Assembly (NCBI RefSeq): GCF_017348835.2
Contig: NZ_CP071375.1
Strand: one strand, 5' to 3'
Source: Escherichia coli
GTDB lineage: Bacteria > Pseudomonadota > Gammaproteobacteria > Enterobacterales > Enterobacteriaceae
Length of the DNA: 64,000 nucleotides
Shown one piece after another: positions 1-14,336 of this stretch. Numbering within the stretch: position 1 is the stretch's first letter; each line of letters starts with the position of its first letter. The notes under the pieces are model-generated. The model saw only the letters and a program-made list of their open reading frames with translations, ran no database searches and had not been told where the DNA came from. The position numbers were made by a program, and so were the translations under genes.

Positions 1-6
1 TAAGGC

Positions 7-54
7 TATCCCTTAATTGTGCATGCTGTTGCGACTATGCACAATTAAGGGATA
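7..54. repeat. Perfect 18-bp inverted repeat with 12-nt spacer (TATCCCTTAATTGTGCAT / ATGCACAATTAAGGGATA), about 80-125 nt upstream of the yajQ start
   Basis: Read directly: arms 7-24 and 37-54 are exact reverse complements. Confidence 0.85.
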
Positions 55-131
55 CGTCCTGGTGCAGGACTGTTGGTTATTTAACTTTGCAGGTATTATG
101 CTTCGCATCAAAAATGAAGGGAGAGGAAAAG

Positions 132-623
132 ATGCCATCTTTCGATATTGTCTCTGAAGTTGATCTTCAGGAAGCACGTAACGCGGTCGATAACGCGAGC
201 CGCGAAGTGGAGTCCCGTTTTGACTTCCGTAACGTTGAAGCCTCATTTGAGCTGAACGACGCCAGCAAAACCATCAAAGTGTTGAGCGAGTCCGACTTCC
301 AGGTCAATCAGTTGCTGGATATTCTGCGTGCCAAGCTGCTGAAGCGCGGCATTGAAGGCAGTTCACTGGATGTACCGGAAAATATCGTTCATAGCGGTAA
401 AACCTGGTTTGTGGAAGCGAAACTGAAACAGGGCATTGAGAGCGCCACTCAGAAAAAAATCGTCAAGATGATCAAAGACAGCAAACTGAAAGTGCAGGCG
501 CAAATTCAGGGCGATGAGATCCGCGTGACTGGCAAATCTCGTGATGATTTGCAGGCTGTCATGGCGATGGTGCGCGGTGGCGATCTGGGTCAGCCGTTCC
601 AGTTCAAAAACTTCCGCGATTAA
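132..623 (+). CDS. yajQ: Nucleotide-binding protein YajQ (UPF0234 family), 163 aa
   Basis: ORF-track frame 87..623; start placed at internal Met ([11 protein letters not shown]...) preceded by GGAGAGG about 8 nt upstream; sequence recognised. Confidence 0.93.
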
Positions 624-639
624 TCGCGACAACCTGCGC

Positions 640-750
640 TTTGTTCATGTCAGATGCGGCATGAACGCCTGGTTCGGCCTACAAAGGTTTGTAAATCAGG
701 AGCTTAGTAGGCCTGATAAGCGTAGCGCAGCAGGCAATTTCGCCTCGCTT
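640..750. repeat. REP/BIME: two inverted REP-like units between convergent yajQ and yajR
   Basis: GATGCGGCATGAACGCC...GGCCTAC and inverted GTAGGCCTGATAAGCGTAGCGCA motifs typical of enterobacterial REP. Confidence 0.7.
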
Positions 751-2115
751 TTATGCCTGGCGAATTGCCTGTTCAACATCAAAGCGATTCGTCACTTTGC
801 TGTCGATTTTCACATAAGCTGAATGTTCTTCTTCTGCAATCAACACTTCTTTGATGCCTTCAGTTTCTAGCAAACGCACTTTTAACGCCTCGTTTGCGGC
901 AATGTTCGCCGGGATTTCAATGCGCAAACTGCTGACATTCGGCGGTTCTTTCATGGTACTGGCGACTGCCAGCCACACTGCGGCCAGCATTGCGCCAGCG
1001 AGAAATACGCCCTGACCGTCAAACATGCCGTCAATCCAGCCGCCCAGTGAACCGCCAATCGCCACGCCAAGAAACTGGCTGGTGGAGTAAACACCCATCG
1101 CCGTACCTTTGTAACCTGCTGGCGACTCTTTACTGATAAGTGAGGGCAGGAGGGCTTCCATCAAATTAAACGCCACAAAGAAAAGCTGCACGCCGACCAC
1201 CAGTTGCCAGAACTGCGTTTGCGCGTTCCACAACACAATTTCCGCAACCACGATCAACCCGACGCAGAAGACAAAGACTTGCTTCATTTTGCGCTTAACT
1301 TCAGCGTAGATAATGAAAGGCACGACCGAGCCAAAGGCGATTAGCATTGTCGCCAGATAGACCTTCCAGTGTTCAGCCGCCGGGAACCCTGCATCAGCCA
1401 GTTGTCCGGGCAGGGCAACAAACGTCGACATCAGCAAAATATGCAGACACATAATGCCAAAGTTGAGTTTCAGCAGCCGCGGTTCCGCCAGCACTTTACT
1501 GAAACTGCCTTTCACCATTCCAGACTCACGATTAAGTACGTGAGTGCTACTGTTGGGCACAACCCAAATGGTCAACGCAATGCCGGTCGTTGCCAGAATA
1601 GCGATCATCCAGAACAGCGCGTGCAGCCCAAGTTTGTGAGTGATGATCGGGCCAAGCACCATCGCAATGGCAAAGGTAATGCCAAAACTCACGCCGATAA
1701 ACGCCATTGCTTTGGTGCGGTTTTGTTCGCGCGTGAGATCGGAAAGCAGCGCCATAACGGCAGCGGCAATCGCACCGGAGCCTTGTAGCGCCCGGCCCAG
1801 AATAATTCCCCAGATGGAGTCAGAGAGCGCAGCGATAACGCTACCGGCGGCAAACACTGCCAGCCCACCGACAATTAATGGTTTGCGACCAATGCGGTCG
1901 GAAAGCAGGCCAAACGGAATCTGAAAAACGGCCTGAGTCAGACCATAAATACCAATGGCAATACCGATTAATGCTTCGCTGGCACCTTGCAGAGCCATGC
2001 CGTACGTGGTCAGAACCGGCAGAACCATGAACATGCCCAGCATGCGCAACGAGAATACGGTCCCTAAACCCCAGGTCGCGCGCCGCTCACCTGGCGTCAT
2101 TTTATAATCGTTCAT
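751..2115 (-). CDS. yajR: MFS transporter YajR, 454 aa
   Basis: ORF-track 751..2313 minus; start trimmed to MNDYKMTPGERR... to match known N-terminus and length. Confidence 0.9.
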   Translation of the reverse strand: MNDYKMTPGERRATWGLGTVFSLRMLGMFMVLPVLTTYGMALQGASEALIGIAIGIYGLTQAVFQIPFGLLSDRIGRKPLIVGGLAVFAAGSVIAALSDSIWGIILGRALQGSGAIAAAVMALLSDLTREQNRTKAMAFIGVSFGITFAIAMVLGPIITHKLGLHALFWMIAILATTGIALTIWVVPNSSTHVLNRESGMVKGSFSKVLAEPRLLKLNFGIMCLHILLMSTFVALPGQLADAGFPAAEHWKVYLATMLIAFGSVVPFIIYAEVKRKMKQVFVFCVGLIVVAEIVLWNAQTQFWQLVVGVQLFFVAFNLMEALLPSLISKESPAGYKGTAMGVYSTSQFLGVAIGGSLGGWIDGMFDGQGVFLAGAMLAAVWLAVASTMKEPPNVSSLRIEIPANIAANEALKVRLLETEGIKEVLIAEEEHSAYVKIDSKVTNRFDVEQAIRQA

Positions 2116-2222
2116 TACCACCTCTGTTTTAAATTCGCGACTAGTGTAAAGCGGCAAACGAATGGGGTAAACATGCGGATTTTTTAGTAAATATTTCGAG
2201 AGGGATATGTTTCTAATGCTAA

Positions 2223-2250
2223 GAAAAAAGGTGCCGTAGCACCTTTTTAA
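2223..2250. terminator. Bidirectional intrinsic terminator between convergent-end cyoE and divergent yajR (AAAAAGGTGC-CGTA-GCACCTTTTT)
   Basis: Perfect GC-containing hairpin flanked by A-run and T-run, just after cyoE stop. Confidence 0.7.
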
Positions 2251-2263
2251 TAGAGAGGTTGTG

Positions 2264-3154
2264 TTACCACACAGCAGCCAGCAGCGTATGCGAGTCCGGC
2301 ACCATAAAATCAACGGACATCATCACCGAGAGGGCAGTGATGGCGATGATAGAGAAGCCGAACAGCTTGCGCGCCCAGATTCTGTCATCAGCAACTTTAT
2401 AACCGCGCAGGGCCATACCTAACCACCAGACGCTCACCGCCGCGGCGACCACCAGATATTTATATCCAGCGTAACCGCCAAGAGAGAGCATCAGCGTGGC
2501 AACGGCAAAGGCGATGATATACAGCGTGATGTGATTCTTCGCCACCGAAATGCCTTTTACCACTGGCAATACCGGAATGTTTGCCGCCTGGTAATCCTTA
2601 AAGCGGAAAATGGCGATGGCATAGGAGTGAGGCATCTGCCACAGGCTGAAGATAGCCAGCAGGATCGCTGCGCCGCTATCGAACTCGCCGGTTACTGCAC
2701 AGTAGCCAATCACCGGCGGCGCAGCGCCGGAGAGCGAACCAATCAATGTGCCGTAGACCGAGTGGCGTTTCATGTACAGGCTATAAACGCCGACATAAAC
2801 CACAAAGCCCATCACCCCCAGCCAGCAGGCCAGCGGATTCGCGCCAAACCACAGCAGCATAAAGCCAGCAATACCCAGCAAGGTGGCGTACACCAGCGAG
2901 ACAGCAGGAGAGATCAGGCCTTTAACCAGCACCCGATTCTTCGTCCTTTCCATCTTTCTGTCGATATCCCTGTCGATGTAGTTGTTAAACACACAACCCG
3001 ACGCCACAACCAGTGACACCCCAACCAGCGTGTAGATAAACAGGGGATAATCAATGCTGCCCTTTGAGGCCAGCAGGAATCCCCCAATCACCGAGATCAG
3101 GTTGCCAAAGATGATGCCTGGTTTCGTTACTTGCAGGTATTGCTTAAACATCAT
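2264..3154 (-). CDS. cyoE: Heme O synthase (protoheme IX farnesyltransferase) CyoE, 296 aa
   Basis: ORF-track 2264..3199 minus; start at [19 protein letters not shown] to match known protein. Confidence 0.92.
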
Positions 3155-3165
3155 AACCGCCGCTC

Positions 3166-6102
<2,937 letters not shown>

Positions 6103-6111
6103 TCAACCCCT

Positions 6112-7059
<948 letters not shown>

Positions 7060-7518
7060 TTAACGACCTCAATTCCACGGGATCTGGTGGCGTTTAAAGT
7101 GTGTGGGCATTTTACGGGAAGGTTACATTACTGTAAACATGATTAAATTCCTGTTACTTGGATTTGGCTGTCAGGTCACATATGTTGCAAAACATATCAG
7201 GTTGATTTTAAGAAGCTGTTGCAAAAGGGCGTTATAACAAAAGGGGAGTGCAGAAGGAGTCTGGGCGGGCAATTGGTATAACCAATGCGAAATAAAACAA
7301 TTATTTAACAAATAATTATCATTGGAGTGACAACTGGGTGGTGAGAAAATAAAGACTCATTAGCTGAATCGTGTAAGAAAAATAGAATTTATAAATGGCG
7401 CCAATAATTTCCAAACGCTAAGCCGCACAAAAGAACAAATATTAATAAGCGATGCTGATGTTTATTTAGCCGTAATAATTACGGCGAGTGATTACTACAG
7501 CTAAATAATATTTACAGA
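7060..7518 (-). promoter_or_regulatory. cyoABCDE promoter/regulatory region (459 bp, AT-rich) containing several palindromes
   Basis: Large intergenic region upstream of cyoA; cyo operon is known to be controlled by ArcA/FNR/Cra/Fur/CRP; individual sites not resolved here. Confidence 0.6.
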
Positions 7519-8994
7519 TTACGTCAGATGCGTTTTTCGTAGCGCCAGATAATCCAGCAAACCACCAAGCACGACGCCAGAAAGGGCGACTAAAACCCCG
7601 ACTTCCAGCAGAGCAGGCAGGAAAGAGAAGTGCGTCAAATCCAGCGCGTCCATCGTCAACAGCAGTAACCACACGGCCAACAGGCTGACGCCCGCCGCCA
7701 GTGTCCACATGGCAAAGGCATAACCTGCCGGATATGCGGTACGGGAGATAAAGTTGTCATTTACTCGTGTATATTCAAGCGTCTGGCGGCAAACCAGCAG
7801 CAAAATAAGCCCAGGTACGGCAGCGGCGACGGAGAATAGATAGAATGTCGACCAGCCGTGTGCTTCAACAAACCAACCCGCCACGGGGCCGACATAAACT
7901 CGCCCTACAGCAGAAAGCGCTGAGAGCAGGGCAAATTGAGTAGCGGAAAATGACTTATTACATAGCGTCATTAACAGCGCGACAAAGGCTGATGTGCCCA
8001 TCCCGCCACAGAGGTTTTCGAAAAAGACGGCTGCGCCCATGCTGTAGAGATGCTTATCAGTAATCGACAGCAGCCAGTAACCAGCGTTAGACGCACCTTG
8101 TAAAATGCCGAAAATCAGCAGTGCCCGGAATAGAGACAGGCGCTGCATCAAAATCCCACCGTACAATGCGCCAACAATGGTCGCTAGTAAGCCAAGCGTT
8201 TTGTTTACCACGCCTACTTCACCCGCATCAAACCCGACGCCGCGAATCAAAAACGTGGTTGTCAGGCTCATGGCGAATGCGTCGCCCACCTTATACAGCA
8301 CGATAAGAAGCAAAATAAGCCAGGCATTATTGCGACCAAAGAAATCTCGCAGAGGTGCAACAACCGCTTGTTCCAGCGTTTTGGGCACAGGAATGGTGTC
8401 GGTTGGTTCTGGTGCAAGCAACGTCGCGATAATACAGGGGATCAACAGCGCCGCCATCAACCAGTACATGCCCTGCCAGCCCAGCCATTTATCTGCCAGC
8501 CACAGGGCTAGGCCGCCGGAAACCAGCATCCCTAAACGGTAACCCAGAACGCTGATTGCCGCGCCCGCACCACGTTCTTCTGCCGGGAGCACATCGGTTT
8601 TCCACGCATCGAAGACAATATCCTGGGAGGCAGAGCAAAAAGCGATCACCACCGCCAGCGCCGCCATCCAGCGGAGTTGGGTGCCTGGTTCGAGAAAACC
8701 CATCGCCGCAATGGCGACTAATAACAGGATTTGCGTGGCGAGCAGCCACCCGCGCCGCCGCCCAAAAAATGGGGGCGTGTAGCGGTCCATCAGCGGTGAC
8801 CAGAGGAATTTAAAAACGTAAGCCTGGCCTACCAGAGAGAAGAAACCAATGGTTTTGAGATCGATATTCTCGACCGTCATCCAGGCCTGTAAGGTGCCGG
8901 ATGTCAGGGCGAGCGGTAGCCCGGAAGCAAAACCCAGGATCAGCAATATGGCTGAACGCGGCTGTTGAAAAATACGTAAATATTGACTGGACAT
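7519..8994 (-). CDS. ampG: Muropeptide permease AmpG (MFS), 491 aa
   Basis: ORF-track full length; MSSQYLRIFQQPRSAILLILGF... Confidence 0.95.
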   Translation of the reverse strand: MSSQYLRIFQQPRSAILLILGFASGLPLALTSGTLQAWMTVENIDLKTIGFFSLVGQAYVFKFLWSPLMDRYTPPFFGRRRGWLLATQILLLVAIAAMGFLEPGTQLRWMAALAVVIAFCSASQDIVFDAWKTDVLPAEERGAGAAISVLGYRLGMLVSGGLALWLADKWLGWQGMYWLMAALLIPCIIATLLAPEPTDTIPVPKTLEQAVVAPLRDFFGRNNAWLILLLIVLYKVGDAFAMSLTTTFLIRGVGFDAGEVGVVNKTLGLLATIVGALYGGILMQRLSLFRALLIFGILQGASNAGYWLLSITDKHLYSMGAAVFFENLCGGMGTSAFVALLMTLCNKSFSATQFALLSALSAVGRVYVGPVAGWFVEAHGWSTFYLFSVAAAVPGLILLLVCRQTLEYTRVNDNFISRTAYPAGYAFAMWTLAAGVSLLAVWLLLLTMDALDLTHFSFLPALLEVGVLVALSGVVLGGLLDYLALRKTHLT

Positions 8995-9037
8995 GGGCGT
9001 CTACAGGCCCGGCTTGCACCGGGCCAGAGGGCAGAAA

Positions 9038-9616
9038 TTAACGCGCGTTCTGCTTGATGAATTCGTGAATGCTGGTGTCCTGAGACATATCAGCGATGGT
9101 ATCGGTCAGCACACTGTTAACCGCATCGGCGATATTTTTGTTGGAGGCCTGGAACGCACCTTCAACGTTGTAGCTGGCACGATAGTTTTTGGTCATTTTG
9201 TTGCCATTCTGCGCGGTAGCGATGATGGCGATATCCGCTTTGGTAGCGATGTTGTAGCGCACGTTGCCCTGGGACACGTCAGCATACAGTTGGCTAACGA
9301 TGATTTGCAGATTAACCGGGCCATTCGGACCAACCATGTAACCACGCGCGGTCATCTGTTTTTCCAGCACTTCTTGCAGCAGGAAACGCAGATCGCGGGA
9401 GGCGGTCAGGGTAACGATTTGATTATCGCGGGTGACTTTTGCCAGCGCCTGATCGGTACGCTGATCGGCACCATTAATGCTTACGGTGACGCCCATCAGG
9501 CTTGGATCCTGCTGTGGCAGTGTAATCGTCGGGGAAACTTCAATAGTTGTTGGCGGTTTTGCGCATCCTGCAAGCATAAACAGAGCAACTAACGGGAAGA
9601 GGATTTTTTTGAACAT
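9038..9616 (-). CDS. yajG: Lipoprotein YajG, 192 aa
   Basis: ORF-track 9038..9775 minus; start at MFKKILFPLVALFMLAGC (signal peptide plus lipobox). Confidence 0.9.
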   Translation of the reverse strand: MFKKILFPLVALFMLAGCAKPPTTIEVSPTITLPQQDPSLMGVTVSINGADQRTDQALAKVTRDNQIVTLTASRDLRFLLQEVLEKQMTARGYMVGPNGPVNLQIIVSQLYADVSQGNVRYNIATKADIAIIATAQNGNKMTKNYRASYNVEGAFQASNKNIADAVNSVLTDTIADMSQDTSIHEFIKQNAR

Positions 9617-9920
9617 GTTCGGGCTCTCAGAGACTCTTAAGCGTGTTTGGTAAAAATTCCCGCCATCATAACATTGCCAACGGCGAGGGGAAGTAGGTAA
9701 GGCATGTAAATTCATCATGTTGACGAAATAATCGCCCCTGGTAAAAGAAACGCTGATGCGAGGCCTGTGTTTCAATCTTTAAATCAGTAAACTTCATACG
9801 CTTGACGGAAAAACCAGGACGAAACCTAAATATTTGTTGTTAAGCTGCAATGGAAACGGTAAAAGCGGCTAGTATTTAAAGGGATGGATGACATCTCAGC
9901 GTTGTCGGAGGAGATATTTC

Positions 9921-10238
9921 ATGATGATACGTGAGCGGATAGAAGAAAAATTAAGGGCGGCGTTCCAACCCGTATTCCTCGAAGTAGTGGATGAAAGCTA
10001 TCGTCACAATGTCCCAGCCGGCTCTGAAAGCCATTTTAAAGTTGTGCTGGTCAGCGATCGTTTTACGGGTGAACGTTTTCTGAATCGTCATCGAATGATT
10101 TACAGTACTTTAGCGGAGGAACTCTCTACTACCGTTCATGCGCTGGCTCTGCATACTTACACTATTAAGGAGTGGGAAGGGTTGCAGGACACCGTCTTTG
10201 CCTCTCCTCCCTGTCGTGGAGCAGGAAGCATCGCGTAA
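9921..10238 (+). CDS. bolA: Stress-induced morphogene/transcriptional regulator BolA, 105 aa
   Basis: ORF-track 9888..10238; start at [15 protein letters not shown] to match known protein. Confidence 0.92.
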
Positions 10239-10291
10239 AAACGCATTTGCAACTGTCGGCGCTTTTCCAGTATGTTGCTAAAGATTTTATG

Positions 10292-10319
10292 AAAAACGGC
10301 CTGCGGGCCGTTTTGTTTT
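10292..10319 (+). terminator. bolA intrinsic terminator (AAACGGCC-TGCG-GGCCGTTT followed by T-run)
   Basis: Hairpin plus TTTTGTTTT read downstream of bolA stop. Confidence 0.7.
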
Positions 10320-10572
10320 GTCTGGATTTTGCGCTTTTTGCCCAGCATTCAGACGAAAATTGCCCGGGAATTGTGAAAAAATACGCGACAGCGCGCAATA
10401 ACCGTTCTCGACTCATAAAAGTGATGCCGCTATAATGCCGCGTCCTATTTGAATGCTTTCGGGATGATTCTGGTAACAGGGAATGTGATTGATTATAAGA
10501 ACATCCCGGTTCCGCGAAGCCAACAACCTGTGCTTGCGGGGTAAGAGTTGACCGAGCACTGTGATTTTTTGA

Positions 10573-11880
<1,308 letters not shown>

Positions 11881-11913
11881 TTTACGCAGCATAACGCGCT
11901 AAATTCGCACAAA

Positions 11914-11946
11914 GGCCCGTCACCGCCAGGTGGTGGGCTTTTTTTT
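11914..11946 (+). terminator. tig intrinsic terminator
   Basis: GC-rich imperfect hairpin GCCCGTCACCGCCAGGTGGTGGGC followed by T8. Confidence 0.7.
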
Positions 11947-12017
11947 GTCATGAATTTTGCATGGAACCGTGCGAAAAGCCTCTTTCGGTGTTAGCGTAAC
12001 AACAAAAGATTGTTATG

Positions 12018-12046
12018 CTTGAAATATGGTGATGCCGTACCCATAA
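12018..12046 (+). promoter_or_regulatory. Sigma-32 (heat-shock) promoter of clpP: -35 CTTGAA, -10 CCCATAAC-like
   Basis: Motifs match sigma-32 consensus (TTGAAA / CCCCATNT) with 15-16 bp spacer, about 80 nt upstream of clpP. Confidence 0.5.
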
Positions 12047-12125
12047 CACAGGGACTAGCTGATAATCCGTCCATAAGGTTACAATCGGTACAGCAGGTTT
12101 TTTCAATTTTATCCAGGAGACGGAA

Positions 12126-12749
12126 ATGTCATACAGCGGCGAACGAGATAACTTTGCACCCCATATGGCGCTGGTGCCGATGGTCATTGAACAGACCTCA
12201 CGTGGTGAGCGCTCTTTTGATATCTATTCTCGTCTACTTAAGGAACGCGTCATTTTTCTGACTGGCCAGGTTGAAGACCACATGGCTAACCTGATTGTGG
12301 CGCAGATGCTGTTCCTGGAAGCAGAAAACCCAGAAAAAGATATCTATCTGTACATTAACTCCCCAGGCGGGGTGATCACTGCCGGGATGTCTATCTATGA
12401 CACCATGCAGTTTATCAAGCCTGATGTCAGCACCATCTGTATGGGCCAGGCGGCCTCAATGGGCGCTTTCTTGCTGACCGCAGGGGCAAAAGGTAAACGT
12501 TTTTGCCTGCCGAATTCGCGCGTGATGATTCACCAACCGTTGGGCGGCTACCAGGGCCAGGCGACCGATATCGAAATTCATGCCCGTGAAATTCTGAAAG
12601 TTAAAGGGCGCATGAATGAACTTATGGCGCTTCATACGGGTCAATCATTAGAACAGATTGAACGTGATACCGAGCGCGATCGCTTCCTTTCCGCCCCTGA
12701 AGCGGTGGAATACGGTCTGGTCGATTCGATTCTGACCCATCGTAATTGA
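12126..12749 (+). CDS. clpP: ATP-dependent Clp protease proteolytic subunit ClpP, 207 aa
   Basis: ORF-track full length; [30 protein letters not shown]... Confidence 0.97.
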   Translation: MSYSGERDNFAPHMALVPMVIEQTSRGERSFDIYSRLLKERVIFLTGQVEDHMANLIVAQMLFLEAENPEKDIYLYINSPGGVITAGMSIYDTMQFIKPDVSTICMGQAASMGAFLLTAGAKGKRFCLPNSRVMIHQPLGGYQGQATDIEIHAREILKVKGRMNELMALHTGQSLEQIERDTERDRFLSAPEAVEYGLVDSILTHRN

Positions 12750-12874
12750 TGCCAGAGGCGCAACTGTGCCGCTATACTTATCCAGGGCGGCACAACGCTG
12801 TAAGCGGCTTGCGCCTGAGAATGGCATTTGCGTCGTCGTGTGCGGCACAAAGAACAAAGAAGAGGTTTTGACCC

Positions 12875-14149
12875 ATGACAGATAAACGCAAAGATGGCTC
12901 AGGCAAATTGCTGTATTGCTCTTTTTGCGGCAAAAGCCAGCATGAAGTGCGCAAGCTGATTGCCGGTCCATCCGTGTATATCTGCGACGAATGTGTTGAT
13001 TTATGTAACGACATCATTCGCGAAGAGATTAAAGAAGTTGCACCGCATCGTGAACGCAGTGCGCTACCGACGCCGCATGAAATTCGTAACCACCTGGACG
13101 ATTACGTTATCGGCCAGGAACAGGCGAAAAAAGTGCTGGCGGTCGCGGTATACAACCATTACAAACGTCTGCGCAACGGCGATACCAGCAATGGTGTCGA
13201 GTTGGGCAAAAGTAACATTCTGCTGATCGGTCCGACTGGTTCCGGTAAAACGCTGCTGGCTGAAACGCTGGCGCGCCTGCTGGACGTCCCGTTCACCATG
13301 GCCGACGCAACCACGCTGACCGAAGCCGGTTATGTGGGCGAAGACGTTGAAAACATCATTCAGAAGCTGTTGCAAAAGTGCGATTACGACGTACAGAAAG
13401 CGCAGCGCGGGATTGTCTACATCGATGAAATCGACAAGATTTCTCGTAAGTCAGACAACCCGTCTATTACCCGTGACGTTTCCGGTGAAGGCGTACAGCA
13501 GGCACTGTTGAAACTGATCGAAGGTACGGTAGCTGCTGTTCCACCGCAAGGTGGGCGTAAACATCCGCAGCAGGAATTCTTGCAGGTTGATACCTCTAAG
13601 ATCCTGTTTATTTGTGGCGGTGCGTTTGCCGGTCTGGATAAAGTGATTTCCCATCGTGTAGAAACCGGCTCCGGCATTGGTTTTGGCGCGACGGTAAAAG
13701 CGAAGTCCGACAAAGCAAGCGAAGGCGAGCTGCTGGCGCAGGTTGAACCGGAAGATCTGATCAAGTTTGGTCTTATCCCTGAGTTTATTGGTCGTCTGCC
13801 GGTTGTCGCAACGTTGAATGAACTGAGCGAAGAAGCTCTGATTCAGATCCTCAAAGAGCCGAAAAACGCCCTGACCAAGCAGTATCAGGCGCTGTTTAAT
13901 CTGGAAGGCGTGGATCTGGAATTCCGTGACGAGGCGCTGGATGCTATCGCTAAGAAAGCGATGGCGCGTAAAACCGGTGCCCGTGGCCTGCGTTCCATCG
14001 TAGAAGCCGCACTGCTCGATACCATGTACGATCTGCCGTCCATGGAAGATGTCGAAAAAGTGGTTATCGACGAGTCGGTAATTGATGGTCAAAGCAAACC
14101 GTTGCTGATTTATGGCAAGCCGGAAGCGCAACAGGCATCTGGTGAATAA
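12875..14149 (+). CDS. clpX: ATP-dependent Clp protease ATP-binding subunit ClpX, 424 aa
   Basis: ORF-track full length; N-terminal zinc-binding CSFCGK...CDEC and Walker A GPTGSGKT. Confidence 0.97.
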
Positions 14150-14180
14150 TTAACCATTCCCATACAATTAGTTAACCAAA

Positions 14181-14211
14181 AAGGGGGGATTTTATCTCCC
14201 CTTTAATTTTT
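14181..14211 (+). terminator. Terminator-like hairpin after clpX (AGGGGGGAT-TTTA-TCTCCCCT followed by T-rich run)
   Basis: Imperfect G/C stem followed by TTTAATTTTT. Confidence 0.45.
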
Positions 14212-14226
14212 CCTCTATTCTCGGCG

Positions 14227-14253
14227 TTGAATGTGGGGGAAACATCCCCATAT
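14227..14253 (+). promoter_or_regulatory. Sigma-32 (heat-shock) promoter of lon: -35 TTGAAT, 13-bp spacer, -10 CCCCATAT
   Basis: Near-consensus sigma-32 elements read about 85-110 nt upstream of lon ATG; coordinates consistent with the lon start frame. Confidence 0.7.
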
Positions 14254-14336
14254 ACTGACGTACATGTTAATAGATGGCGTGAAGCACAGTCGTGTCATCT
14301 GATTACCTGGCGGAAATTAAACTAAGAGAGAGCTCT

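Noticed and set aside
13-246. Minus-strand 77-aa ORF overlapping the yajQ start
   Set aside because: Overlaps the well-supported yajQ CDS and its RBS; no recognisable protein features; likely a chance ORF
751-2313. ORF-track N-terminal extensions (yajR 520 aa; also cyoE, cyoD, yajG, lon, ybaE, cof, decR, mdlB, glnK, tesB, ylaC, acrA, apt, ybaB, adk, ybaQ)
   Set aside because: Longest-ORF calls include upstream in-frame codons; internal starts that reproduce the known N-termini and lengths were chosen instead
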